From contig NC_082722.1 in NCBI RefSeq assembly GCF_030144855.1, forward strand, positions 21,080,001 through 21,144,000: a stretch of 64,000 nt of DNA, given 5' to 3'. Positions 52,131 through 64,000 of the stretch are shown here, piece by piece. The stretch is from Hypanus sabinus. Its lineage: Eukaryota. The first letter of the stretch is position 1; each line of letters begins with the position of its first letter. The translations under genes were made by a program, and so were the position numbers. The notes beneath the pieces were generated by a model. The model worked only from the letters and a program-made list of their open reading frames with translations. It did no database searches and had not been told where the DNA came from.

Positions 52131-55100
52131 TAAAAATTCCAGCTTACTCATGGAGAAAAGCAAAACATTGTTTCTCTCATTTACATTGTTTCAAATGTGA
52201 AAGTTAACGCTGTTGTAATGTTGTCTAAATATCACCACGTTCTTTTCAATTAACTTATAATGATGACAACAAAGCGGCAATTAATTCAAATTTTAAAGTA
52301 ATTTCTTTTAACTTATTTAAAGAGCTATACCGCTTCAGATGTATCTAAACCTTCACTTTATTTCAATATGTTTTAAAAGTTGCATTTAATGTCAGTGACA
52401 TGTATACAATATACATCCTGAAATTCTTTTTCTTCACAAACATCCACGAAAACAGAGGATTACCCCAAAGAACGTTAAACGTTAGAACCCCAAAGACCCC
52501 CCAGCTCATTCCTCCCACGCATAAGCAACGACTCCCCCACACACCCTCAAAAATGCATCTGCATCCTCCACCGAGCACTCAATGGTGTAGTAAAGCATCA
52601 AAAAGGACTTAGACTTGCATTACCCCAAAGAATACTCGTCCACCCGGTTTTCGACATACAACGGGCTCTCTCTGTCCTTAATAACGGAAAGAGATGTCCA
52701 CGTTTCACAGCGAGAGGGGAGACATAACAAAACATCTCGTTGATTCATGGTGTTAAAGGTCTTTTGCCCCGCTTTTTCCGAAATCTGTGCCCAAAGCACT
52801 GGGGTTTCTGGGCACACAGTCAGCAGCCCCTCGCTGCTTTCGATCTTCCGTGTACTCCCACGACACATCAGGTAGCGGCAAAAGTTATCGTGTCTTCCAG
52901 GCCGTGTCCTCGGCATATCTAAAAGCGGTCAGTCGTGAGGCCCAGAGAGCGGGTCCTATCTCTACCGAGAACGGAAGTTCGCGTGTAAATCCAGGTCAGG
53001 GTCTTCAAAGTAAATCTGAAAGGGGAAAAAGAGATATTGAGGATAGAACTGGCGCTTTTTACCCAAGATGCAAGCAAAGGAGTCGCCGTTAGTGCAGTTT
53101 TGCTACGAACTGCACTAAGATAGCACAAACTAAAGAGAAAATCGGGACAACCAAACTGTTCTTGAATTATCGACACATGCTATAATGGAGCAGGAAAATT
53201 CAAGTGGCATCCCTTGTTCCATTCGTAAAGTAAATTGTTTACATATCCTGCAACTAAAATTAAGGACCAGAATACCCAATCTAGCTATGGAATGTGAAGA
53301 CATGTTGTTTATATCCATCATTGTTAAAATGAAATGGAATCCAGGTACCAGCAGAACAACGAGTAACTCAGAAGCATGCGTAAGAAATGTATTCCCCCAG
53401 CGAACTCTGCCTAACATTTAGACGAACTGCATCAGTAGAGAAAATGAATACGCATCCGTAGACACGATAATAGCAGTGATAAATTTATTAACTACATGAA
53501 GTATCCAATAAAGTGGCTACTGAGTGTTTTTCAGTATGTCCGTGATCTTTTGCTACTGCAGCCCATCTGCTGCAAGGTTCGACGTTTTGTGCTTTCAGAG
53601 ATGCTCTTCTGTACAACATTTCTGTAACACCTGTTTACTGTCACCTTCTTGTCAGCGTGAACCAGTCTAGCCAGTCTCCTCTGGTCTCTCTCATAAACTA
53701 TGAGTTTTCGCTCAAAGAATTGTCACTCACTTGATGTTTTTTCGTGTTTTTTTTTTCGCATAATTCTCTTTAAACCTTAGAGACTGTTGTACATGAACTT
53801 CTCATTAAATCCACAGTTTCTGAGATATCAAATCACCCAGCCAGGGACAACAATCATTCCACAGTCAAACTCACTTAGTTCGCATTTCTTCCACATTCGG
53901 ATATTTGAGCCGAGCAACAACTATACCTTTTGGCCATGTCTGTATGCTTTTATGTCTATATGCCCGACTAGATATTTGCATTAGCGAGCAGATATGCAGG
54001 TTCACCTAATAAAATGGCCAAAGTGTATATATCTAATCATTCGAACAATGCCAGCAATAGAATACCATGCGGTTTTGCCATTGAGGCAAAATTCCAGGCT
54101 GTTTAATGTGCTTGGCTGCAGCGAGATGTTGGAGGTGACTCAAAAGAGAAAGTAGTTTACCATCTAATACGGTGGGAATTTTCAAAGTCTGCAGGCTACT
54201 GGGAAAACAACTTAGCAGAAGTAGGGCCCTTTGCAATTCGACCTGTTTCGCCATTCAACAAAATTGTGACTGATCTGACGGTAACATCAAATTCCGACCC
54301 CGCCCATCACAGTAACTTTCGACCTCCTGCTTCTTGAACAGATTTTAACGTCAACAATAAAATCACACAAAAATATAGGATTCCATGTTTTGTTTCAAGA
54401 AGAGACATCCAAAGACACGAAGCACTGCGAGTAATTTATGTTTCCACACATGGGCATATAAGCCTTTCATAGCTACCTCCTTTAGAGCCGTCAAGATCAA
54501 ATACACATCAATCGGTACCACTTCTCCGTTTCTAATCTTCAGCGGATGCAAATTGTAGCCAGGCCAACATGCCTTAACTGACTACACGCCCATGTACGTA
54601 TCATTCTTATATACCATCACGCAGAACTGTATCCAATGTATTTGCACCATTCCTTAAACTGAAGTTCAGCGTTCAGAGTAAACTTAACATCAAAGTACGT
54701 ATTTGTCACCATTTCTTACCCCGAGACTCTTTTTCTTGCGGGCATTCGCAGCGCAACAAGAAATGCAATATGTTCAACGAAAAAACTGCATACAAAGACT
54801 GAAAGACAACCACTGTGCAGAGGGAGAGAAACTGTGCAAATATAGAAAATCGTAATAATCATAAATAATTAGGTAAGGAAATATGCTAAGAACTGGAGTT
54901 GTAAGGTAACTGAAAGCAAGTGTTTTCCTGATGAAGGGTCTCGGCCCGAAACGTTGGCTACTCTTTTCTCTCGGATGCTGCCTGACCTGCTAAGTTCTGC
55001 CAGCGTTGTGTACTTATTCTTTGATCCACAGCATCTGCAGTTGTATTTTTGTGTTTGGAAGCAAGTTCATCATTTATCGAGAAGAGTGAAATTATCCACG

Positions 55101-55964
55101 TTGGTTCAGAGGCCTGATGACTGAAAGTAATCATTGTTCATAAAGCTGGTGGTCTGGGACCTAAGGCTGCTGCATTTCCGTCCTGATTGCAGCAGCGATA
55201 AGGGAGCAATGCTGTGAATCTTGCAGTCAGTCCACCAGAAATAGTGCCTCGGATCTATTGATCTGCAGACTTATCTCCCTCCTTTATATTTATTTTCTGA
55301 AGATATATGTACTACCTGGCATATACCTCGCAAAACCCTGCTGTATGTTTTCTTTGTTTCGACAGTGTCTTATGCTTTCCTATGCTTTTCCACCCCATTA
55401 ACTCTGAACAAATTTATGCTGTTGCAAGTATACAGATGTAGGCTTTATCTGTAAAGCATTTAAAACTAAAAACGTATCGGCAGTCTTATTCAATTGTTAA
55501 CTAAGAGCTACCACGACAATCCCAACCGCTCTCAAACGAGGCCAATTTTTATCGGCCAGCTTGTCTTTAAGTGCTTAGTAATCCGTACAAGTTACAGCTC
55601 CATTCTTACACACCATGAAGAATGGACTAATGGAGAACAGAGAGTGGTTCATGTAGAACTAATCACAGTCCTCTCATCTTTAGGATTTAATTGTCGATAA
55701 AAGGAATATCTGAAGATCAAGTCATAAATCTCGACGGAAAACTTAACTTCTAGAAACAGTGTTTTCTGCTACAGACAGATTTTTGTATTCGGCATCACAA
55801 ATTGCCTGTCCATATCCTCTCGGGCTAAAATCCTCAAAAAACAGACCTCAATTACACCCCGTGGGATCTAGTAGACAAAACATGTATTACCTATGAACAG
55901 GTCACAAGCAGCTACATAATTTCAGATCTGTGAGGACAGTAGATACAATTTAATAATGGTGACA

Positions 55965-56400
55965 AAGCACCTATGAAAACAGTATAAAATATATAACCAT
56001 ATAACAATTACAGCACTGAAACAGACCATCTCGGCCCTTCTAGTTCGTGCCGAAGGCTTACTCTCACCTAATCTCAACGACCTGCACTCAGCCCATAGCC
56101 CTCCATTCCTTTGCTGTCCATAGACCTATCCATTTTTTTAATGACATTATCGAACCTGCCTCTACGACTTCCGCTGGAAGCTCGATCCACACAGCTACCA
56201 CTCTCTGAGTAAAGAAGCTCCCCTGCGTGTTACCCGCAAACTTTTGCCCCTTAATTCTCAACTCATGTCTTCTTGTTTGAATCCCCCTACTCTGAATGGG
56301 AAAAGCCTATCCACGTCAACTCTATCTATCAGCCTCATAATTTTAAATACCTTTATCAAGTCCCTCTTCATCTTTCTATGCTGCAAAGAATAAAATCCCA
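55965..56400 (-). mobile_element. CR1 3' fragment private to the right arm
   Basis: accatataaccatat tail in reverse; interrupts the homology to about 18090-18100. Confidence 0.75.
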
Positions 56401-57984
56401 ACCCTTCGTGGAAATTCGGAAACATAACTGCTCAATATATCGAGGCGTTTGACATGGTAATCAGTATCTTAACGCCGTTCGTAGGAAGCACGTGGAAGCT
56501 CAGTATTGTTTCATCGCCAACCAAAATGAGTTTAAATATTCAGTATTGTCCTTTTATAAATGGATAACAATTTATGCTCTGCAGGGTTAATTTTTTTTTC
56601 TTCGATGTACTATCCTATTGTCTGCCGTTTACTTTGTGGGAATGTCGGAGATATTTCAAACAGCAGCATTTCCCGAAAAGCAACTGCACCTGCTTATTGG
56701 ATTTTAAATTGATCCTCGGAACTGCAATCAATCATTTGAGACTTCCTCGAAGCGCCCTTTATAAATTATATCGCAGTACCTCTTTAATCACCTTCATCAT
56801 TAAAATGAACAAATTCCTGCTTGAACTCTAAGCTCTCTCTTTATGTGAATAAAACTCTATGCCATGAATCTATTTATATCACAGACAGCATTTGCTGCTG
56901 CTTTTCGCTGATTTCTTTGTGTGAGCTGATCACAGCAGCGAGTAAGGAACCTGAGTATAATGGGTGGAAATACGAGGAGTTCTGCAGATGTTGGAAATTC
57001 AAGCAACACATCGTCAGGACCATGATCTTCCCCCTCTCCAGCTGTGTATCCATTTCGTCAATCAACTTCCCAGCTCTTAGCTTAATCCCTACCCCTCCTG
57101 TCTTCTCCTATCATTTCGGAGCTCCCTCTCCCTCTCTCACTTTCGAATTTCTTACTATCTCGGCCGAAACGTCGACTGTACTTCTTCATATAGTTGCTGG
57201 CTGGCCCGCTGCGTTCCACGAGCTTTTTTTATGAGTCGCCTGAGTATTATGGGGCCTTACTTTGAAAACAAAAGCCTGAAATCTGTCATTGAGAGTAATT
57301 CCTTGAAGTGTTCACATTATATGCTTTTGTTTCATGAAACTTCAGCATTTAAATTACATTCAAGTTGCTGAAGGAATTAGCATCAGTGTTGATAATTCAA
57401 AATCATACATTATGCCGGAGAATTGTACATGACGATATCAGAGGGAATATAATTGCTGTTCAAATCAGTCTCGTTCATCATTTTCCTTTTGGGAAATGAC
57501 ATCCAGTCATTAAGCAGTAGTTCATTAGTCGAACCATTATGACCAAACCCTAAAGAAAATTATCAAGAGAAACAAAGTTTACATTTATGTAACACTGTCT
57601 CTACCCGTCGCGGCTTAAAATCTTTTGGCCATAAGAGCGTAACTGCTTTACTAGAGAAACAGTGCGGTGCTATTTCACTGAAGGTATATGATTGAAATGG
57701 AGCAACAGTGCAAAGGTAAATTGGAATGAAGAAATTTTGTTCTTATTTTTGTTCGCCTATCTTATTAGACATTTTTCAACTCCTAAGCGGATTTCCATCT
57801 TTACCATCAAAATGCGTACAGTACAGATTTGAATTTATATCTCAGTAAAGATTTGGATAATTCCTGGATTCAGCAAGAGGGCAACATTTCCATCATCATC
57901 ACGAAAGTACTAGGTAGACCATGCAAAATTTTAGAACTATAAAAGTTCTTATTTTCCGCCCAACCAAGGCATTTTTTAAATCTG

Positions 57985-58050
57985 AACCACATTATTCTGC
58001 ATTGCGGTGGCTTCATCCTACGTCATGTTTACATGTTTAATACATTTCAT
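57985..58050 (+). promoter_or_regulatory. Copy B proximal promoter motif cluster
   Basis: AACCACA 57985-91, TGCGGT 58003-08, TACGTCA 58019-25. Homologous to the copy A cluster, but the ETS site and one CRE half-site are mutated. Confidence 0.4.
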
Positions 58051-58128
58051 CATGAAGACCTTTTCCTCCAACAAGTTCTTTAATATACCACTTGCAATGC
58101 CGCAAATGGTCGATTAGGATTTTGCAAG

Positions 58129-58183
58129 ATGTCGGAGAAATTCACGGTTTCGTACAGGGCACTTTTGTATATTACTTGGCTAA
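58129..58183 (+). CDS. Copy B leader exon (MSEKFTVSYRALLYITWL)
   Basis: 55 nt, A|GTATGC donor, collinear with the copy A leader. Confidence 0.7.
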
Positions 58184-58386
58184 GTATGCTGATTTATTCC
58201 TGCCGCTTCCGAACTGAATATTCCCTTATAGAATATTTAACCCTGGGCGCCTGCAGCATATTTGTTTACACGTTTCAGCTATTCGGTGGTCTTTGTCTCT
58301 TAGACGTCCAGTGACTTACGTCTTTCGAGTTTGTTAATTCAGTGTGTTTAACCTGTTATTAATAATAATGATTATTTTTCCGGCAG

Positions 58387-58808
58387 CCGCCAAAGTAACT
58401 GCGAGCAAAGTATATCAGTTGCCTACGGACCTGGACGTCCCGCTTGGAGCGAATGTTACCATTTTCTGCCAATTTCCACTATCACAAGATACTGTTGACG
58501 TTCGTTGGTGGAGGGAAGGCGAGAAGACATTTTTAGAAAGGGAAAGCAGAAGACAATTTACTGTAGATAGGGGAAGGGGAACACTTGTAATCTGGAATGT
58601 CACAGTCGCCGACTCCGGAATGTATTACTGTGAAGCAAAGAATCAAGAACGATCTCTCGGGAGAGGAAGTGGCTCACTTTTGGAGATTTTCAGCTCTGTG
58701 CATTTTACATCAAACTTAGTGATGAGGATAAAATATGTCTACTTGACAAAGCAAACGGCTAGAGTACATTTGCTTCCCAGTCCAGATGTTCTAAGTACAG
58801 AATTATAA
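58387..58808 (+). CDS. Copy B V exon, reading through into the intron to TAA
   Basis: cggcag| acceptor; V motifs intact up to GRGSGS (about 58676). The donor is missing and the frame stays open to the stop at 58806-58808. Confidence 0.85.
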
Positions 58809-61800
58809 AGAACAGAAGAATTAATCACATTTTATGTAGAACCTTTAAAGCGCATAATAGAGCTAATTCATTTTATCGTAATGTATTTCCCCAAACTCTT
58901 TCCTACAGCAGTTAGTCCAGCCCTGTTCATCAGCTATCTCCCGGTTAAACATGATGTCCAATGTTTGTGATACCTTTGGTCTTTACCCTAATTATCGTGA
59001 AGGTACTTGAAATACAACAAATTACTTTTCAAGCATGGTTAGGATTGTTTTGCAAGCAAGAAGTCGAAACAATATTCATACTGATGTGAACGGCTGGAGT
59101 TGGATAACTCGATTCGTCATCACAGAGGACGCAAAATATGAAAACTTACATAATCTCTATCAAAAAGTCAGTATGCAGCAGCACAATGCTCCATTTCCGC
59201 ACCAAAAGTAGAGAATAATATTACCCAGCTCCAAACGAGTTAATTCCAACATCACTAACAATTTTTCGCATGCACTTCAAATTGTCATTCCAGCTTTTGT
59301 CATGCAGGATTAGCAAAATCTATATTTCTTTCAGCATACAAAATGGGGAGAAATAAAGACCTCTCAAGATCAAGGTGAATTTTGATAGGGTTGGACAACG
59401 ACTTACAATTACCTTCACTAATTTCTGTCTGCCATTTTCAGCCCACTTGGTCCATAACCCACTTCCAGTTTTGATAGCCATGCGACACAACATTAGTCAA
59501 AGGTCTTCGTTCAAAGAACAGCTATCTGCTACCATACTCTGGCTTCTCCGGAGAAGCCAACGAACGTACCTGATCAGACCACCACCCCATTGCAGAACTT
59601 TTGCAAAGACCTTGCTAAAATCCATGTTGACCATATCCACTGCTATCCTTCATCAAAATTAATGGTAATCTGCTCGACAAACTCATTATGATTGGTTAGA
59701 CACATCCTACCTTGCACAAAAAAAAATGTTTCCTATACCCGATAAAGCCCAATCTATTCAAATATTTATATATCCCATTCTTTAAAACATCTTCGAATAA
59801 ACTACCCACTTTTCTGTAATACCAACTAGTCTATAATATCCCGGCTTATTCCGAGAGTATACCTTGAACAACGTCAGAACTAGAAACATAATTGCAAAGC
59901 AAGTTCTTGGTCTGAACCAAGAAGGTCTGAAGGTAGGTAATTCACCTAGACCAGATGATGCACATCCCGGGATGCTGATAAACGTTGCTGGTGAGATTGT
60001 GGAGGATAAGCAAAGATCTTTCGAGAATTACTAGATTCTATAATACACCTGATAGAAAAATTGCTGATGTCACTCCACTCTTCAAGAAGGCAGAGAGGCA
60101 GAAAAGTGAAACTGTAGGCCAGTCAGTCTACCTCACTGATTGACAAGATGTTGGAGTGCGTTATTAAGGATCAGGCCTTAGGTTACTTGGAATTACATAA
60201 TACAACAGTCAATATACAGCATGATATTCTGAAGGGAAACTCTCGCCAGACAAATCTGATTAAATTATTTGAAGGAATGGAATGCAGGATAGATAAAGAT
60301 AGGTAGAATCGGTTGTTGTGTACTTGGATTTCCAGTAGGCCTTTGACAAGGTACCATGCCCAAGCTGTTTAACCAGCTACGAGCCCAAAGTATTGCAGGA
60401 AAAACTCTAGGGTGAATAAAGCACTGGGTGGTTGGTGGGAGACAAATAATGGGAATAAAGGGAGCATTTTCTGGTTGGCTCTCCGTGACAAATGGTGTTC
60501 CACAGGGGTCTGTGTTGTGACCAATTCTTTAAGGTTATATGTTAATGATAAATAGCTGGTCATATGAGAGCATTTAGTGGCTCTGTGCCTATTTTCATTA
60601 GAATTCAGAAAAAAAATAGGGGTGACCGCATTGAAACCGATTAAAACCTGACGGTACTTGATAGTGTGGATGTGGAAATAATATCTTCTGCGGTGGGAGA
60701 ATATAAGACCAGAGGACTCAGCTTCTGAATAGAGTGGGCATCCCTTTAAAAAGAAGATGAAGGGGATTTTTTTTTTTGCCACAGGCAGCTGTGGAGACAC
60801 AGTCTTTATGGATGTTTTAAGCAGAGGTGATAGATTCTTGATTAGTTACTGCATAAACAGATATGGGGAGAAGGCAGGAGAATTAGACTGAGAGGAAAAT
60901 ATCAGCTATGATGAAATGGCAGGGCAAACGTGGTGGGCCAAATGGCCTAATTCGGCTCCTATATCCAATAGTCATATGGTCTTAAGACATTAGTTATACA
61001 GTAGTCTTCCAGCACCTCACCCATGAGTAGGGACATTCTGAATACCTCAATCGGGGCCCTTTGACTTTCTGCACAAACTTCCAAGGAGGTCAGATGCGAC
61101 ACCTTGCCATGTTCTGGGGACTTATGCACCCTAATTTGCCTCGAGGCTCTAATCCGTATATGGGACATGACATTGTTTCTGGTTTTTTTTTAGTAGTATA
61201 ATCTCTGTGTCTTCCAGGGAAATATAAATGGAAATGTATCAGATCTCCCACCCCCCCCCCACAACCCCCATTTATTTCGGCTCCATGCATTGTTATACCC
61301 GCTGATCTTAAAATAGATCAATTTTATCTGTCGCTATCCCTTGGTGCTTAGTGTATCTGTAGAAGCCCTTCGATTTTGTTTCACCTTAGAATTGTCCTTC
61401 ATTTACAATTTGAGAAGGCCAAGAACGTTGACGTCGGTATAGGCGTAGGAAGTGGAGTCCGGCAACCGTGAGCTCCGGATGGCTGTTGTAGGCAGAACGA
61501 AATCCTAACTGCTGTGATAAACAGATAAAACAATCTAACTATTGAATCTCCCCTGGTAGATACCGACCAGAGCTGTAGCGGAAGCAGTACACGTTTTCAA
61601 GACCTGACAATTGAGTTCGCAATTTCCGCAAACGATCTTATAGCAGTGCCAAGTCACTGTCGACAATTTTGCTGCAGGACTTCAGATTTTAGAAAGAATG
61701 GAACTATAGAATCAATCAGCTTGAAATCAAGTTGCATTTGCGTTCCTGATTGTTTCACGGAGGAGATGATTTGCCATATTCAATACGGGGTAACTGTTGC

Positions 61801-62472
61801 AGGAATGGTTCACATTCCGGGGAAAGCTCCATTACTGAATGTTTAGGACAGGAAAGATCAACCCCAGACCCGGAACACTCCCTAAGCGGTTGAACGACCA
61901 AAATATTAAACTCCATATACATTTGTACGATAGTAATCTGTGATATTTTGGATTTTGGATCAGCTCAGTCCTGATACGAAAAGCAAAATCCAAAAGTAGC
62001 CAGCTTCCCAAAGCTAACGTCCGCCGCAAACACAACTGTGCAATGAAGCTCAAATACTATTCAAAAGAGAATGTCTTCCTCACTTCGGACCTCTTAGCTT
62101 CGTTGTCAAGAAGTATTATCTGAACTCTTCCTTTCATCCATTTCCCAAGGGGATTGTGTTTTATTTTGCATATTTTGTGACTATCTGTGCTGGATGGTAA
62201 CTGTATGTGTTGTGTGTGACTACATATATATGTACTGTATTTTGCAACTTGTCCCCAGAAAAAAACAAAAATGTTTCACTTAGCGGTGTGTTTGTATGGT
62301 TTAGCAACACAAAAACTGAACATGAAATAAAATAATTTATTAAATACTGGTTAATATTTGCGGGTAACTCATTTGATAATTAAAATGTCATGGTAGTTGA
62401 CGGGGAGATAAAGGAATCTACCTGCATTTAAATGGATCGAAAAAACCTAATATAACTTTGTTTTTACTCAAG

Positions 62473-62766
62473 CTCCACCAACTCCTTTGGAAATTGTTCC
62501 TATTGGAGGGTTTTCGTCTCCTCGAAAGCTCCGTTGTAAAACGGCTGCCTTCTACCCGGAGAAATTAGAAATCGTTTGGCAAAAAAATAACAAACAAATT
62601 CGCACTGGGATACAGAGTGTGACAAACCGAAGCGTGGATGGCTTGTACGAAGCTTCTAGTTTATTGGAAATCACGCAGTCTACATGGGGAAAAGATGTTT
62701 ACATCTGTCTGGTGTCGCATGTCTCTCTCACGGTGCCTGCCTGTTTCAGCTACATCCTGGAGCAAG
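62473..62766 (+). CDS. Copy B Ig C1-set exon
   Basis: tttttactcaag| acceptor and G|GTAAGA donor; 294 nt; 87/97 aa identical to copy A. Confidence 0.95.
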
Positions 62767-63367
62767 GTAAGATGGTGTCTTGATGAAGTCCTGATGTTTG
62801 ATCTCGGCCTTAAATGTTGGCAGTTTAGGTTTGCCTGATCGGCTAAGTTCTTCCAGGATTTTACGTGTTACTCCGGATTTCAACATATTCAGAATCATTT
62901 GCGCTCAACGTAAGATGGAAGTGCTTACAAGTCATAGTGGTGGGGTCAATGTAACCTTGTTAAGAACAGTAACCGAGCAGCCATGCAAACACGGAAGTGT
63001 GACTAATTTTGAAGATTAGTAATTGACAGGGAATATTAAACGTGAAATGTGTTCAGTAGTTGATGTGTTATTCCCGTAGGTGTAAATCGTGTAGGACGAA
63101 TTAAGAAATTGAATACGTGCAGTATTTCTACCGTAGCAAACGTCTGGACATTTGCTAAAAATATGACAAACCAAAACGTAAACTCTAAAACACATTGTGA
63201 TATAACAAAGGTGGGGATGTACATTTCGTATCTTACTATATATTTTCCGATCGTCTGTAGTGAGATTAAAAACTAACCTTTAAAATAATTTGATTCTCAT
63301 CTGTGCATGTGTTTATAGATGAATGCATGCTTTATAGTTTCTTGTTTTTCCCCTGTTGATCCACAAG

Positions 63368-63466
63368 GTGCTGATACTAAATTGATTTTCGCATATACAG
63401 TGGACGGATTGGCAATTTTAGCCCTGATAATCGTTTTGGTGAAAGTCAACTTAAAGAGATCGCACG
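63368..63466 (+). CDS. Copy B transmembrane exon (GADTKLIFAYTVDGLAILALIIVLVKVNLKRSH)
   Basis: ccacaag| acceptor and G|GTAAGA donor; 99 nt; Asp codon at 63403-63405 and Lys codon at 63442-63444. Confidence 0.9.
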
Positions 63467-64000
63467 GTAAGAACTCTGATCGTTGTGGAACATTACCTCT
63501 ATTCGTCCAAACAGACGTGTAAATGGCATTTAACTTCAAAACAGTAGATGTCCTTTACAGAATGATTGGACATGGATCGCGGTTTTCGGTCAAATTTCAG
63601 TGATAATATTCGGTTATAATAGAAGCTAGAACTTAAAGTTCAACTGTTTCACCAGTCTACTCGAAGTATTACACATCTCATTCACAAATGCTTTTCCATG
63701 ACTTTGGAGCTCTTCAACTGTTTTAAACATAATGGCAGATCTATATTTTGAAGCATAAAGAACATTGTCGAACTCGTGCATGTCTCATTGATTTTAATTT
63801 CCATTTCAGCGACTGTATTTAAAGGTACTACGGCCACTGATATGCTGTTATCAGTTTACGGCTTCGTTAGAAGTCTGTTTAATGAGCATAGTGTCGTGAG
63901 GTCGACGCGGAACACCTTGTATTAGTATATCACCAAATGCTTTCTGAAATATCGGTGTCTTGAGCTGTTCCTCTTACACAATGAATTCGATTGGTATCAA

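Larger units (their letters stand above)
58129..63466 (+). pseudogene. Copy B: paralogous V(J)-C1-TM receptor lacking its V-exon splice donor (pseudogene, or secreted/cryptically spliced form); 3' exons run off the window
   Basis: L, C1 and TM exons have intact splice sites and no stops. The V exon has a 27-bp deletion removing RLTVF and the GTGAGT donor. Confidence 0.55.
55340..64000. repeat. Right arm, block 1, of inverted duplication
   Basis: Mirror of 10130-18820, with private indels such as a CR1 at about 55965-56400. Confidence 0.9.

Noticed and set aside
1-64000. CRISPR arrays, rRNA/tRNA genes, prokaryotic operons
   Set aside because: None seen. The sequence is eukaryotic and intron-containing, and most short ORFs are TE fragments or random.

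Overview
Repeat-rich vertebrate genomic DNA, most likely from a cartilaginous fish (probably a ray). The taxon is inferred from the CR1, Penelope, Rex1 and Tc1 repeat mix and the gene type. Two N-gaps (28078-28347, 46164-46322) show it is a scaffolded assembly. The main content is a head-to-head pair of paralogous immunoglobulin-superfamily receptor genes in a large, old inverted duplication. Each gene has a leader exon, a single germline-joined V(J) exon (GxGSxLTV motif, no functional RSS), a C1-set exon and a transmembrane exon, all joined by phase-1 introns. Copy A (minus strand, about 9445-16563) looks intact, with an uncharged TM, a 44-nt cytoplasmic exon and a downstream frame carrying ITIM-like motifs (MLYAVI, IQYCTI). 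Copy B (plus strand, 58129 to beyond the window end) has lost its V-exon splice donor through a 27-bp deletion and has Asp and Lys in its TM. Between the copies, V shows 26 amino-acid-changing versus 4 silent codon differences, and C1 shows 10 versus 11 (hand counts). The rest is CR1, L1, Rex1/Babar and Penelope-like retroelements (several with hammerhead ribozyme cores), Tc1 and Chapaev3-like DNA transposon relics, a 2.3-kb tandem duplication with an internal micro-inversion, and an orphan lymphoid-type promoter/leader module. Exon boundaries were read by hand from splice signals. Repeat boundaries are approximate.
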